A stretch of 64,000 nt of DNA from Mobula hypostoma (lineage: Eukaryota), in NCBI RefSeq assembly GCF_963921235.1, contig NC_086097.1:4836001-4900000 (forward strand), given 5' to 3'. Positions 25,351 through 39,239 of this stretch are shown piece after piece (position 1 is the stretch's first letter; every line of letters starts with the position of its first letter). The translations under genes were made by a program, and so were the position numbers. The notes below the pieces were generated by a model. That model made no database searches and was not told the DNA's origin. It saw only the letters and a program-made list of their open reading frames with translations.

Positions 25351-28019
25351 CTCTGAGATAAGATCCACCAATTGTCTCTCAGGTGCCAAAGTGGAGAATA
25401 TAGAGAATATGGCAGAGATAGATTGGACAATCGAAAGCTGTGATTCACGTCATCATTAATCAAAGTGGGAACAATAGGGTTAGAAGCATTGAAGAAAGAG
25501 ATTGGAGATTCAGGTGTGACAGAGGAAAGCAGGTATTTCCAAGTTGATATCATTAGTATGAGCCAGTACACCTTACACTAGACTGGACAGCTGGCACATG
25601 ACTTCATGTGAGATTGAGTGGAGGGGGTCCTAGTTATTCAGGTGTTCAAGTTCAAAATTATCGTTATTTAACTGCACACATGTATACCACCAAATGAAAC
25701 AGCATTCCTCCAGACCAAGGAGCACAACACAGTACATACAAATCACACATAAAGTAACATTACCTCAAATAAATTAACAAATAATAAAGTGCACTTATGA
25801 CACAAGTTAAAAAGTAAACAGTATAACGCGACTGGCACTTCATTTATGATGAGACCTGGATGCTGGCAGGGAGTTCAGTAATCTCTCAGTCTGGGGGATG
25901 AAACTCTTTCCCATTCTAACAGTCCTTGTCCTAATGCTACAGTACTCCCTGCCTGATGGTGGGGGGGCAAAGAGATTGATGGACGGATGGGAGAGACATT
26001 GACAATGCTGAAGACCCTGCGTACACAGTGCTCCAGATAAATATCTCCGATGTGTGGAAGAGAAACCCAGATGATCCTCTCAGCTGTCCTCACAATCCTT
26101 TGTAGGGACCTGAGTTCTGAAGGTTTGCAGTTTCTGTACCAGGCGGTGATGCAGCTGATCAGGAAACTAATATGTTAATATTTGATTCTGGACAGGAAAC
26201 TGTTCCAGTGCTTTCTTGAAACCAGTAATAACATCTACAAGTGCATTTTAACTAAAAGAGGATAGCATGGCAAAAAGGCAGTGGACGAAGTTAAGATTAA
26301 AAAGAGTAACATCTAGAAGATGGTGCTGTGCGGATAGAGGACACGAATGGAGAATCACAATGAGAAAAACAATGACAATAGAAGTTTCAAGGTGGCGTTG
26401 CCCAAATGTGAATGTGCAAATGATCAGAAACAAAGTTGGAGAACTCCGGGCTTTCCCTACATCAGCAAATGAACGGCAAATATTCACCTGCACTGCACCC
26501 AGCAGAAAACATACAGAATTCATTCAAAAAGGTAATGCTGTGTGCCTCAAGGACATATGACGTGCCGGTAAAACATGTTACATCTCTTGCATTTGTAATG
26601 AAGGGACATAATGCATTTGGCATGAAACACGAGGCTGCAGAGTGAACTCAGCCCAGTCCACAACCTGGTCCTCCCCATCACTGAAACCGTCTGTCTGGGG
26701 GAATCCGGGATCGCTACTCGTGCCCTCCTCTTGGTGCACCTTCAGGCAGGAGATACAGAAGCCTGAAGTCATGCACTGCTGAATGGCTACTTTCCTACAA
26801 CTGACCTGCACAATCCACCTCCTCCACTGCAGTCTTCAATTGATTTTGTTTTGGCTGCACAGACTATATTCACTATCATTTATGTACAATTTATATATTC
26901 TGTGTGGTTGTTTAAGCTCCCACCATCAATTAAATGCTCCCATGCTGTGTGTCTCGAATAGCCTCTGACAATCAAATCCAGCTCCTGGCCTTCATATGAG
27001 GCTTTGCTACTAAATCCAAAGGAACCGTTTCTACTGACAGGAGAAGGGGAAGAACCAGGTTATCAATGCCTTAACACCAGTCGCTTCAGACAGATGGGGC
27101 TCATCAGCTGTGGCTGGCGGCTCACCTGGGAGAGGAGATCTCTGACCTCAAACCTCCGCTGCCTTGCAGCTATAACCACTCATAGGGAAGGCCTCAGGAG
27201 TAAACCCTGAGGGAAAAATCTGGAGCTGGAGTCCCTAAGGAGATTCTATGTTCATTTCAACACTGACTGACAACTCCTTCAACATCACTGGTGCCAAACT
27301 GTGTCGGTTTCTGCCATTCCTTTCGATTCATCATCTGTGTGGAGAGAGGGAGCCTACTCCCCATGTTGTACTGCCCTAGCTTGCAGACTGGATTGCCTAT
27401 CACATAGACAGCTAGGAGGCAATATCAGTGATCGGCCCTGACCAATGGAGGGGCTCCTGCGTTCTGAATGCATCAGCCTGAGATATTGCTGTTAGCAGGT
27501 TTTTCATTCCAGCTGTGCCTCACTGTACCTGTGCAAATAGCAATAAACTGAACGAGGTTTGACTTGACTTGACCATGATTTAAATTATATTCTTCGTTAA
27601 GGAGTCATGGGGTCTACCCTGCTGAACAATGTTTGACAGTTATTTCCATCAAAAGAGAGGCCTTTTACAAGAAAGTATCTTTTTTTATCTGAAAAGAATT
27701 TCCAGCCCTGAACGGAATTAGTAACCTCTGGCAGACTCCTTTGATCTCCAGACTCCTCCTAACAGCTATGCAAGTATCACTGAGAAATGTGCCCTTGGAA
27801 AGTAGCTGGGCAAACTTGAGAAGCGTGCTGGGTGTTAGCAACTGACCTATATTATTGCAATGAAGTTGTTTCAACTGTGGAAGACAAGGGTTTATTTATT
27901 TATTTGGCCATACAGCGTGCAACAATTTCTTCTGGCTTGATGAGCAGTGGTACAGTGGCACCCAGCAGCCCACTGTCTTTATCCTAACCTAATCACAGGC
28001 CAAATTACAATGCCTAATT

Positions 28020-31000
28020 AAGACCATAAGAACAGAATTAGGCTACTTGGCCCATCAAGTCTGCTCTGCCAGTTCATCACGCCTGATCCATTTTTCCTTT
28101 CAACCTCCATGTCTTCCCTTCTCCCCCTGTCCCTTCATGCCCTGCCCTGTCAAGAACCTATCACCCTCTGGCTTGAAAATACGTAAAGACTTGGCCTCCA
28201 CAGCTGTATGTGGTAAAGAATTCCACAGATTCACCACTCAGTGACTAAAGAAATTCCTCTTCATCTTCATTATAAAAGGACACCTCTCTATTCTGTGTCC
28301 TCTGGTCTTAGACTCTCCCATCATAGGAACCATTTTCTCACATCAAGTCTTTCAACATTTGATAGGTTTCAATGAGATCACCCCTCAATCTTCTAAATTC
28401 TAGTGAATACAGGCCCGGAGCCATCAAATGCTCTTCATATAACAAGCCGTTCAATCCTGGAATCATTTTTGTGAACCTCCTTTGAACCCTCTCCAGTTTC
28501 AGCACAGTCTTTCTAAGATAAGTGACCTGAACCTGTTCACAATACTCCAAGTGAGACCTCACCAGTGCTTTATATAGTTTCAACACAACATCCTTGCTTT
28601 TATGTTCTAGTCCTCTTGAAATGAATGCTAACATTGCATTTGTCTTCCTCATCACAGTCTCAACCTGCAAATTAATCTTTAGGGAATCCTGCACAAGGAA
28701 TCCCAGGTCCCATTGCACCTTAGTTTTTAGCATTTTCTCTCCATTTAGAAATTAGTCAACTCTTTCATTTCTTCTACCAGAGTGCATGACCATAAACTTC
28801 CCATCTGCTATTTTTTTCCCATTCTCTTAATCTATCTAAGTCCTTCTGTATCTTCTCTACTTCCTCAAAACTACCTGTCCGTTAATCTATCTTCACATCA
28901 TCTGCAAACTTTTTAACAAAGCCATCAATTCCATCATTCAAATCATTGACATATAATGTAAAAAGAATTGATTCCAACACACTCCCCTGAGGAAAACCAC
29001 TTGTCACCGGCAGCCAGCTAGAAAATGCTCTCTTATTCCCACTCTATGCCTCCTGCCAATCAGCAAACCACTGATTTATCCATGCTAGAATCTTCCAGAA
29101 GTACCATGGGCTTGTAGTTTGATAAGCCGCTTCATGAATGGCACCTTGTCAAAGGCCTTCTGAAAATCCAAATACACAACATCAACTGATTCTCCTTTGT
29201 CTATCCTGCTTGTTATTTCTTTAAAGAATTCTAACAGCTTTGTCAGGCAAGATTTTCCCTTGAGGAAACTATTACGACCTGTTTTATGATGTGCCTGCAA
29301 GTACCCAGAGACCTCATCCTTAATAATTGACTCCAACATCTTCTCAACCACTGAGGTCAGACTAATTTCCTTTCTTCTACCTTCCTCCCTTCTTGAAGAG
29401 TGGAGTGACATTTGCAATTTTCCAGTCTTCAGAAACTATTCCAAAATCTAGTGGTGCTCAAAAGATCATTATTAATGCCTCCACATTCTCTTCAGCCACT
29501 TTCTTTCTGAACTTTGGGGTGTATACAATCTGGTCCAGGTGACTTATCAAACTTCAGACCTTTCAGTTTCCCAAGAACCTTCTCCCTATTAATGATGACT
29601 TAACACACTTCATGCCCCCTGACACCTGGAACTTCCACCATACTGCTAGTGTCTTCCATGGTGAGGAGTGATACAAAATACTTATTCACTTTTCTGCCAT
29701 TTCGTTGTCCCCCATTACTACCTCTCCAGCGTCATTTTCCAATGGTCTGATGTCCACTCTGGCTTCTCTTTTACACTTCATGTATCTGAAGAAACTTTTG
29801 ATATCCTCTTTAATAATATTCACTAGCTTACATTCCTATTTCATCTTTGGTTCATTATGACTTTTTTAGCTGCCTTCAGTTGGTTTTTAAAAGCTCCCCT
29901 ATCTTCTAACTTCTCACTAATTTTTGCTCTATGAAATGCCTTCTCTTTGGCTTCTATGTTGGCTTTGACTTCTCTGGTTTGCCATGGTTGTGTCGTCTTT
30001 CCTTTAGAATGCTTCTTCCTCTTTGGGATAGATAGATAGATACTTTATTGATTCCAAAGGAAATTACAGTGTCACAGTAGCATGTGCACAGATAAACAAA
30101 TATTAGAAGAGAAGTAAGAAAGAATAAAAAATAAGTTACCTCAAATAGTCTAACAGGAGGGGGATCATCACTTCCTTGGCTATAGTTTGACTCATTATAG
30201 TGCCCAATGGCTGAGGGTAAGAATGACCTCGTATTGCACTCTTTGGAGCAGCACAGTTGTCTTAGTCTATTACTAAATGTGCTCCTCTCTTCAGCCAAGG
30301 TGGCATACGGAGTGCGAGAAATATTGTCCATAATTGTCAGGGTTTTCTGTAGGGTCCTTTGTTCTACCCCATTCTCCAGTGTGTCCAGTTTGACTCCAAT
30401 AACAGAGCCAGCCTTTCTAATCAGTTTATTGAACCTGTTGTCACCCGTGTTGATGCCATTGCCCCAGCACACCACTGCATAGAAGATTGTACTGATGGCA
30501 ACAGATTAGTAGAACATATGATGGAGAGGCCCGCATACTTCAAAGGACCTCAGTGTCCTCGGTAAGTGGAGCCGACTCTGGTTCATTTTGTACAGTCTCT
30601 GTGTTGGTGCTTCACTCAAGTCTGACATCCACGTGCACCCCTAGGTACTTGCAGATCCTCACCGCATCCACGTCCTCACCGTCAATAGTAACAGGGAGCA
30701 ATGCAGCCCGAGTCTTCCTAAAGTCCATCACCATTTCCTTTGTCTTACTGATGTTGAGCTGCAGATAATTCTGCTTGCACCATTTGACAAAGTCCTCCAC
30801 CTGGGCCCTGTATACACTCAACTCCTGTCCTCCCTTTATACACCCAACTATTGCTGAATCATCAGGGAATTTCTGCAGATGACATGACTCAGTGTTGTAT
30901 CTAAAGTCCAAGGCATTCATGGTAAACAGTAAAGGACCCAATACAGTCCTTTGTGGGGCCCCAGTGCTGCTTATAGCTATGTCTGACACACAGCTCTGAA

Positions 31001-31388
31001 GCTACACAAGCTGTGGTCTGCCAGTCAGGTAGTCCATTATCCAGGATACAATGGAAGTGCCAACCAGCATTGAATGGCGCAGATCCCTCAGCAATGAGGG
31101 CTGTGTGGTATTGAAGGCACTTGAGAAATCAAAAAACATGATCCTCACAGTGCTGCTCTGCTTATCCAAATGGGAGTAGGCTCTGTATATATCCTGTGCC
31201 ATCCAAATTGCTTCTAGAAATTCCAGCCATTGCTGCTCTGCTGTCATCCCTGCCAGTGTTCTTTTCCAATCAATTCTGGCCAACTCCTCTCTCTTCCTCT
31301 GTAATTCCCTTTACTCCACTGTAATACTGATACATCTGACTTTAGCTTCTCCTTCTCAAATTACAGGGTGAATTCAATCATATTATGG
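28020..31388 (-). mobile_element. Decayed CR1 LINE interrupted by Rex1 (30030-31185) and cut off at a Penelope copy
   Basis: ORF 28338-28733 (RSHLEYC, RGDLIET), ORF 29085-29417 (DFQKAFDKVP) and IDWKRTL at 31283; further endonuclease-like remnant at about 32130-32320. Confidence 0.88.
30030..31185 (-). mobile_element. Rex1/Babar LINE, 5'-truncated
   Basis: [35 protein letters not shown]; (TATC)n tail. Confidence 0.88.
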
Positions 31389-31975
31389 CAACACACATCA
31401 AAGTTGCTGGTGAACGCAGCAGGCCAGGCAGCATCTCTAGGAAGACGTTTCAGGCTGAGACCCTTCGTCAGGACTAATTGAAGGAAGAGTGAGTAAGGGA
31501 TTTGAAAGTTGGAGGGGGAGGGGGAGATCCAAAATGATAGGAGAAGACAGGAGGGGGAGGGATAGAGCCAAGAGCTGGACAGGTGATAGGCAAAAAGGGA
31601 TACGAGAGGATCACGGGACAGGAGGTCCGGGAAGAAAGACAAGGGGGGGGGACCCAGAGGATGGGCAAGGGGTATATTCAGAGGGACAGAGGGAGAAAAA
31701 GGAGAGTGAGAGAAAGAATGTGTGTATAAAAATGAGTAACAGATGGGGTACGAGGGGGAGGTGGGGCCTTAGCGGAAGTTAGAGAAGTCAATGTTCATGC
31801 CATCAGGTTGGAGGCTACCCAGACGGAATATAAGGTGTTGTTCCTCCAACCTAAGTGTGGCTTCATCTTTACAGTAGAGGAGGCCGTGGATAGACATGTC
31901 AGAATGGGAATGGGATGTAGAATTAAAATGTGTGTCTATCCACGGCCTCCTCTACTGTACCACATCCCATTTATC
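31389..31975 (-). mobile_element. Young Penelope 3' fragment with a short internal inversion
   Basis: Nearly identical to the reverse complement of 48520-49070; flips to plus at about 31933 (TGTCTATCCACGGCCTCCTCTACTG). Confidence 0.88.
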
Positions 31976-32880
31976 TCCCTTGTATTTTGTAGGCCATACC
32001 CCTACAAAAGGGTTCTGTATACAACTCTCATCAGGGTATTTTTACACTTGCAGTTGCTTAGCTCTGTCCACAATGGGACCTTCCAATCCCATGTCACCTC
32101 TTTCTCATGATTTGATTTCATTTTTTACCAACAGAGCAACGCTGCCCCCTCCGACTTCCTACCTGTCCTTTCGATACAATGTGTATCCTTGGACAGTAAG
32201 ATCCCAGCTATAATCTTTCAGTCATGATTCAGTGATGCCTATAACATCATACCTGCCAATCTGCAATGTGTTGCAAGTTCATCTACCTTATTCCATATAC
32301 TGTGCATATTCAGAAACAACATCTGCAGTCCTACGTTCACCCTTTTCGCTTCTGTCCGCCCTTTACATTGCAACTACAAGCCAGTATGTCTTTGTACCGT
32401 GGAAGGAAACCTGAGCACCTGGAATAAACCTATGCGTGCATAGGAAGAATGACTAAATTGAACTCTGAACTCTGACATCCTGAGCTATAATAGCACAATG
32501 CTAACCACTATGCAACCAATGCACCTCAAATTTTAATTGTACCTGGTGTGTGAGTAGAATTAAGAAATAATGAAAGATTAATTACCACCTTGATTGCTTG
32601 GTGCAGACCGGTGGATAATGAAAAATTAATGAAGGGATTAAAAAAGGGAATTAAGGAATAGAGTATAAAATAAGTTCTGCTAAACTTTTTATAACACACT
32701 GGTTAGTATCAGCAGGAATATTATTTCATTCAATGACAATTCATTCTAGCAAGGATGTGATGACCTTGTTGAAGGTGCAGAAGAGATTTGCAGAGATGTT
32801 GCCTGGAATAAGTTAACAAAGCTATGTAAAGACAATGGAGAAATCGAGGCTGTTCTCCTTAGAGCAGAGTGGATTAAGAG

Positions 32881-33045
32881 CAACACGCACAAAATGCTGG
32901 AGGAATTCAGCGGGTCAGGCAGCATCTATGGAGAGGAATAAAGAGTCCATGTAAAGAGTCCGGGCTGTGACAGTTCATCATGAATTCCTGCGGTGTTTCC
33001 TGTGTCTTTTCTGGATTACCAGCATCTGCAGAATCTATTGTGCTT
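32881..33045. mobile_element. Miniature Penelope-derived hairpin element
   Basis: CAACACGCACAAAATGCTGGAGGAATTCAGC...CCAGCATCTGCAGAATC; TSD GTGGATTAAGAG (32869-32880) / GTGGGTTAAGAG (33046-33057). Confidence 0.75.
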
Positions 33046-33659
33046 GTGGGTTAAGAGTTTTGTTGGATGCGTTCAAAATGATGAATGACTCATGCAGAGT
33101 AATTAAGCCTCTCTACTGAAAGAAAGAGTAGCCTGAGAGATTTGCATAACAGAACCTCCACCTCTCCAGTAATCCTGGGTTTTGTAGTCAAAAAGTCATT
33201 TTGTGAGAAAGTGGGAAAGACAATACCGAGGCCCTGACAGAGATATCTATATCTTCCTTAGCCACCAGTGATTTATTGGAAGACTGAAGGTGGCTCGTGT
33301 TATGCCTCTGTGTCAGGAGAGCCTCACCCATTAGGCTCTTGAACCAAAGATGATAACTTCACTCAACTTCACTTGTCTCATTACTGAACTGTTCCCACTA
33401 CCCATGGACTTACTTTCAAGGACTGTGCATCTTATGTTCTCAATATTTATTGCTGATTTATCTATTATAATTATTTATTTGGTTATTGTAGTTATTGTTA
33501 CTGTGTTGTCTTTAAACATTGTTTGTCCTGTCGGGTGCTGTTTTTCATTGATTCTGTTATGATTATTAGTCTATGGATTTATTGAATATGCAGTCAAGAA
33601 AATGAATCTCAGGGTTGTATATCATGGCATATATGTACTTTGAAAATAAATTTAATTTA

Positions 33660-34125
33660 ACATAGAAACATAGAAAACCTACAGCACAATACAGGCCCTT
33701 CAGCCCACAAAGTTGTGCCGAACATGTCCTTACCTTAGAAATTACCCAGGGTTGCCCAAAGCCCTCTATTTTTCTAAGCTCCATGTACCTATCCAAAAGT
33801 CTCTTAAAAGACCCAATCATATCCGCCTCCACCACCGTTGCCGGCAGCCCATTCCACGCACTCACCACTCTCTGAGTAAAAAACTTACCCCTGACATCTC
33901 CTCTGTACCTACTCCCAAGCACCTTAACCTGTGCCCTCTTGTGGCAACCATTTCAGCCCTGGGAAAAAGCCTTTGACTATCCACACGATCAATGCCTCTC
34001 ATCATTTTATACCCTCTATCAGGTCACCTCTCATCCTCCATCGCTCCAAGGAGACAAGGCCAAGTTCACTCAACCTATTCTCATAAGGCATGCTTCCCAA
34101 TCCAGGCAACATCCTTGTAAATTTA
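33660..34125 (-). mobile_element. CR1 LINE 3' fragment
   Basis: FFTQRVVSAWNGLP; (TTTCTATG)n tail. Confidence 0.88.
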
Positions 34126-36171
34126 CTTTGAGTATACTCATATATGCACTTCAGTAATACATTTTGAACTTTGAACTCTGAACTTTGATCATTTGGCAGG
34201 AGGTTACAAGGAGGAAGAGATGATGAAGAAGTGTAACATGGTTTGGGATTTGACGTAGAACTGTCTGGCAGTTGAGGTAAAGAAAGTTTCTGATTTGCAG
34301 CTGAAACCTTGGTGAAAGAGCTGGGTAATGACCTTCAGATCATTCCACATGCAACCAGAGTCATGATCACTCTCACTCCCTTCATCCCTTTAGCTTACCT
34401 TCATTGGAAATGGCTGCCAAAATTTCCAAGAAAGAACGCTTTATATAAACCCTGGTTCAGCTTAATCCTAGGTTTTCTGTCCCTCAATGAATAATCTGCC
34501 TTTTCAGAGCATGTTTTTAGCATAAGACTGTAAGATATAGGTGCAGAATTAAGCTATTCAATCCATCGGGCCTGCTCCACCATTCCATCATGGCTGATTT
34601 ATTATCCTCTCAACCCAACTCTCCTGCCTTGCCTTCTCACCTGAAAAATTAATTACCTCCCAGCCTCTGTTTTAAATATACCCATTGACGACCTCCACAG
34701 CTGTCTGTGGCAATTAATTCTACAAATTCACTACTCCTTGGCTAAAGAAATCCCTCCCCATCTCTGTTCTAAATGGATGTCTGTCTGTTCTGAGGTGGTG
34801 CCTTCTAGTTCTAGACCCACCCACCATGGAAAACATCTTCTCCAAATCCACGCTGTCTAGGCCTTCCAACATTTGGTTGGTTTTAATAAGATTGTGCCCC
34901 CCCACCCCCGATTTTTCTGAACTACAAGGTGTACAAGCCTAGTTCTATCAAATATTCCTCATACAATAACCCTTTCATTCCTGGAATCATTTTACAGGAT
35001 GTGTTGAAAAGCTTCAGAGGAACAGGTTCTTTGATCCACAATGTTGCGTCACAGCAATTAAACGAGTAATCAAATATCTAGCTAATCCCTTCTGCCTACA
35101 GAATGTCTGTGTCCCTCTATTTTCAGCACATTCCTAGTGAGGACCTGTTGTACTTGCCTTCATCTCCACCCCCTGGGATTGCATTTCAAGCACCCATTGA
35201 TCTGTGTTTTTAAAAAAGTACCTGCTCTGCACATTTTCCTTGAACTTTCACACTCTAACCTTAAATGCATGGCCTCTAGAGGGCGATAGTGCTGGATGTC
35301 GCCGGGACTTGAGGACCAGCGTTACAGGGAAAGGTTGAGCAGATTTCGGTGGAGCAAAGGAGAACAAGGGGAGATCTTATAGGGGTTTTGATGGGATAAG
35401 TAAATTCAGGCGTTTTCTCCTGACATTGGGTGACACCAAAATTATATGTCATAGGTTTAAGATGAAAGTAAAATATTCAAGGGAAACCTGATGGCGAACT
35501 TCTTCACTCAGAGGATGGTGAGAGTGTAGAATGAGCTGTCAGTGCAACTGGTGGATGTGGGTTCAATTGGCACATTTAAGAGAAGTTTGGATAGGTATGT
35601 GGATGGGAGGCGTGGAGGGCTGAGGTCTGGGTCTGGAGTTGCCAACCTGGGGTCAATGGCATAAAAAAGATGAGAAAGAAACCCCTGGTCTTGGTGTAGG
35701 TAGATGGAATTAGGCAAAAAACAGGTCGGTATGGATTGGGTGTACCAAAAGTCCTGTTTTTTGTGCTGTAGTACTCTGACTCTATGACTTCAACATTTCA
35801 AAGATTCATTTTATTATTAGAGTGTGTATGCAGAATACAACTCTGAAATTTTCTTCTCCAGATAGCCACAGAATACAGAAAAAACCTATCGGGGCAGTTG
35901 CAAGAAAGATGTCAATCCCATTCCCCCCCAAAAAAGAAAAAGAAACAAAAACTTGCAGACCCCAAACACCTCCAACACCTCCCTCACCCAAAAACTAACA
36001 GATCACCCTAACCCGCAGCCTGGCAATTGGCAACAAGAATGGGTGAGAATATTAAAAAAATTGATTTGAAAGAGACCAATATGAACTACAGTCCAATTCA
36101 TAATTCTCAGAATTTTGATAACATCTGTGAGATCATTGGGACTCAGGGCAACTCCTTGATCCAATAGCCTC

Positions 36172-37145
36172 TGTGATGGTAACTACTCGAACCAGCAGCC
36201 CCCGTGACAGTAACGACTCGAACCAGCAGCCCTTCTGACGGTAACGACTCGAACCAGCAGCCCTTATGACGGTAATGACACGAACCAGCAGCCCTCCTGA
36301 CAGTAATGACTCGAACCAGCAGCCCTTCTGATGGTAACGACTCAAACCAGCAGCCCCCCTGACGTTAACGACTCGAACCAGCAGCCCCTATGACGGTAAT
36401 GACACGAACCAGCAGCCCCCCTGACAGTAACGACTCAAACCAGCAGCCCCCCTGACAGTAATGACTCGAACCAGCAGCCCTTATGACGGTAATGACACGA
36501 ACCAGCAGCCCCCCTGAAAGTAATGACTCAAACCAGCAGCCCCCCTGACAGTAACGACTCAAACCAGCAGCCTCTCTGATGGTAGCAACTCGAACCAGCA
36601 GCCCCCCTGATGGTAATGACTCAAACCAGCAGCCTTCCTGACGGTAATGACTTGAACCAGCAGCTCCCCTGATGGTAACGACTCGAACCAGCAGCTCCTC
36701 TGATGATAATGACTTGAACCAGTAGCCCTTTTGATGGTAAAGACACGAACCAGCAGCCTCTCTGATGATAACAACTTGAACCAGCAGCCCTTATGACGGT
36801 AATGACACGAACCAGCAACCCCCCGATGGTAACGACTCGAACCAGCAGCCCCACTGATGGTAACGACTCAAACCAGCAGCCCCTCTGCTGCCCCTCTGCT
36901 GATAATGACTTGAACCAGTAGCCCTTATGACGGTAATGACACGAACCAGCAGCCCCCCTGATGGAAAAGGCTCTAATGACTCGAACCAGCAGCCCCGCTG
37001 ACGGTAACGACTCGAACCAGCAGCCCCTCTGATGATAACAACTTGAACCAGCAGCCCTTATGACGGTAATGACACGAACCAGCAGCCCCCTGACAGTAAT
37101 GACTGAAACCAGCAGCCCCGCTGACGGTGACGACTCAAAACAGTG
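36172..37145. repeat. Minisatellite, about 30-31 bp unit (GACTCGAACCAGCAGCCCCCTGACGGTAAT), roughly 30 copies
   Basis: Direct tandem copies with a fixed AACCAGCAGCC core and no unique spacers. Confidence 0.95.
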
Positions 37146-38369
37146 ACCTCTCCAAGGAAAATGACATGAAACAATGGCCTCTCTGAGAACCACTCGCTTT
37201 CCTCTGCGTTTGCCTCATAGTTTCAATCTACTTCGACAGTTTAATTGGCCATAACTTTCGTCAATCATGGCCCCACATCTCATCTCTGAGCTTCTCCCCA
37301 TGATAGCTCGTGCTCACATTTCTCTCCTGGAGTTTTCTTGGGCACGGCGGAGAGTGAGCTCACTCAATTGAACTGCAGACTGTTAAGTCCCAGGCTCCAG
37401 CAGTTTCAAAAACCAAATTAAGGTAAAAAGAATAAGTAGAACATGTCGAAGACCTGAAATGATTGATTATCTGAAAGTTGTTGCCTGGGGAATCATTGTT
37501 TGCTGGCATTATCTTGACTGGAAGGACTTTATGACATTTCAACCCTGGGGAAAAAGGTACCGTCTGTTTACCCTGACTATGCTTTTAATCTTAATATAGA
37601 CATCTTTATTTGGGATGGTGCTTGGTGATTTTTATAATTAAGCATACCTATGCCTTCATAGCTCTCCCATGTGTCCCTGCTTCCTCTTGTGAAGCATTAA
37701 ACGTCTCCCCAATGCCACAGTATGTTATCTGCGTGACAATGCTGTTTTGATTTCTGTCTGTCAATAAAGGGGACTCTGACAGCATTTGAGTTTGTCTGGG
37801 AAACCTCAATTTTTTTTTATGGCATTATTACTTGTGACACGATTCTATAGCCATCAGCCAGCATTTCTCCTCATTTGTGTAAATCTAGTGTTAATATTTC
37901 AGAGAATATTTTAATTCATCAGTGTCACAGATTCAGCACAATTCTCTGATAACTATACCATCTGTTCTTGTTTTAGGAGGCTGGTGGCAAAATTGAAATA
38001 TAATAATTGAGCTAATTATGAGCAATACAGGCAGCTGTTTGGAAGGAAATAACATTTGCATTTTTGCATTTAATCTTTTTCCTGAGACCTACATACTGCT
38101 CATTGTTGGAAAGTATAACATCTGTAGCTTTGCACACAGGAGAATATCAAGTTCAGAGAATTTTGCATTTTCAAATCCCTGTGAGCTGGGACAAAAAGCT
38201 CACACAAGGAGTGAGCTCCACAGTATCATGATCAATGCTGGAATGGGTCTGAGTTCTAAGGGGGTTGGGGGGGGGGGGAATATTCGCATTTTTGCACTGG
38301 AGTTTAGAAGAATGGGGGGGATCTCATTGAAACCTAAAAATACTGTAAGGCTGAGATAAAGAGTATGTG

Positions 38370-38915
38370 CAGAGGAAAAAGGAGAGAGAAAAAAATTAAT
38401 GATAATAATAAATAAATAAATAACGGATGGGCTCCTCTACTGTCAAGATGAAGCTACACTCAGATTGGAGGAACAACACCTTATGGGTGACCTCCAACCT
38501 GACGGCATGAACATTGACTTAAACTTCCGTTAACACCCCACCTCCCCTTCGTACCCCATCCATTTTTTCTCTCTCTCTCCTTTTTCTCCCTCTGTCCCTC
38601 TGACTATACCCCTTGCCCATCCTCTGGGTTTTTTCCCTCCTCCCCCTTTTCCTTCTCCCTGGGCCTCCTGTCCCATGATCCTCTCATATCCCTTTTGCCA
38701 ATCACCTGTCCAGCTCTTGGCTCCATCCCTCCCCCTCCTGTCTTCTCCCATCATTTTGGATCTCCCCCTCCCCCTCCCACTTTCAAATCTCTTACTCACT
38801 CTTCCTTCAGTTAGTCCTGACGAAGAGTCTTGGCCCGAAACGTCGACTGTACCTCTTCCTAGAGATACTGCACGGCCTGCTGCGTTCACCAGTAATTTTT
38901 ATGTGTGTTGCTTGA
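38370..38915 (+). mobile_element. Young Penelope 3' fragment with a short inverted leader
   Basis: GIY-YIG C-terminal remnant (GGAGGAACAACACCTT) and a 3' UTR matching 48570-49070. Confidence 0.85.
38811..38849 (+). ncRNA. Minimal type I hammerhead ribozyme
   Basis: TAGTC-CTGACGA(38817-38823)-AGAGTCTTGGCCC-GAAA-CGTC|GACTG; predicted cleavage after 38844. Confidence 0.7.
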
Positions 38916-38919
38916 GTTA

Positions 38920-39143
38920 TTAACTTCAGACTTTCTGCATAATCACTCAAAGAGTTGAACTGCATGTGCATGTAACGAGAGCTGTACAAATCATATCCTT
39001 CTACTGTAGGCCACGAACTTATCAATCACCCCTGCTGTGGACACTTTCTGGAGGTCCAAGATCCGTATGCTCCACAACCGCTGGGCTAAGTGTGTAAATG
39101 TATGAGGGGACGATGTTGAAAAATAAATTAATCACCCCTCGTA
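38920..39143 (+). mobile_element. Mariner-like DNA transposon remnant
   Basis: AAGTGTGTA...GATGTTGAAAAATAA resembles the mariner C-terminus (KCV..GDYVEK*); terminus AATCACCCCTCG followed by TA. Confidence 0.55.
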
Positions 39144-39239
39144 TGTACTTTGATAATAAATTTACTTTGAACCTTTTTTATACCATAGTGCACAGAAGTG
39201 CTCTTACCAAGTCTCCTCCCTTAGCGCTCAGACTCAATA

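Noticed and set aside
26195..26531. Exon-like purine-rich segment ending AAG|GTAATG
   Set aside because: No single frame is open from the acceptor to the donor
36172..37145. CRISPR-like array or repetitive protein
   Set aside because: Units are contiguous with no unique spacers, no cas genes, and the context is eukaryotic; the ORFs arise from the ~30-bp period
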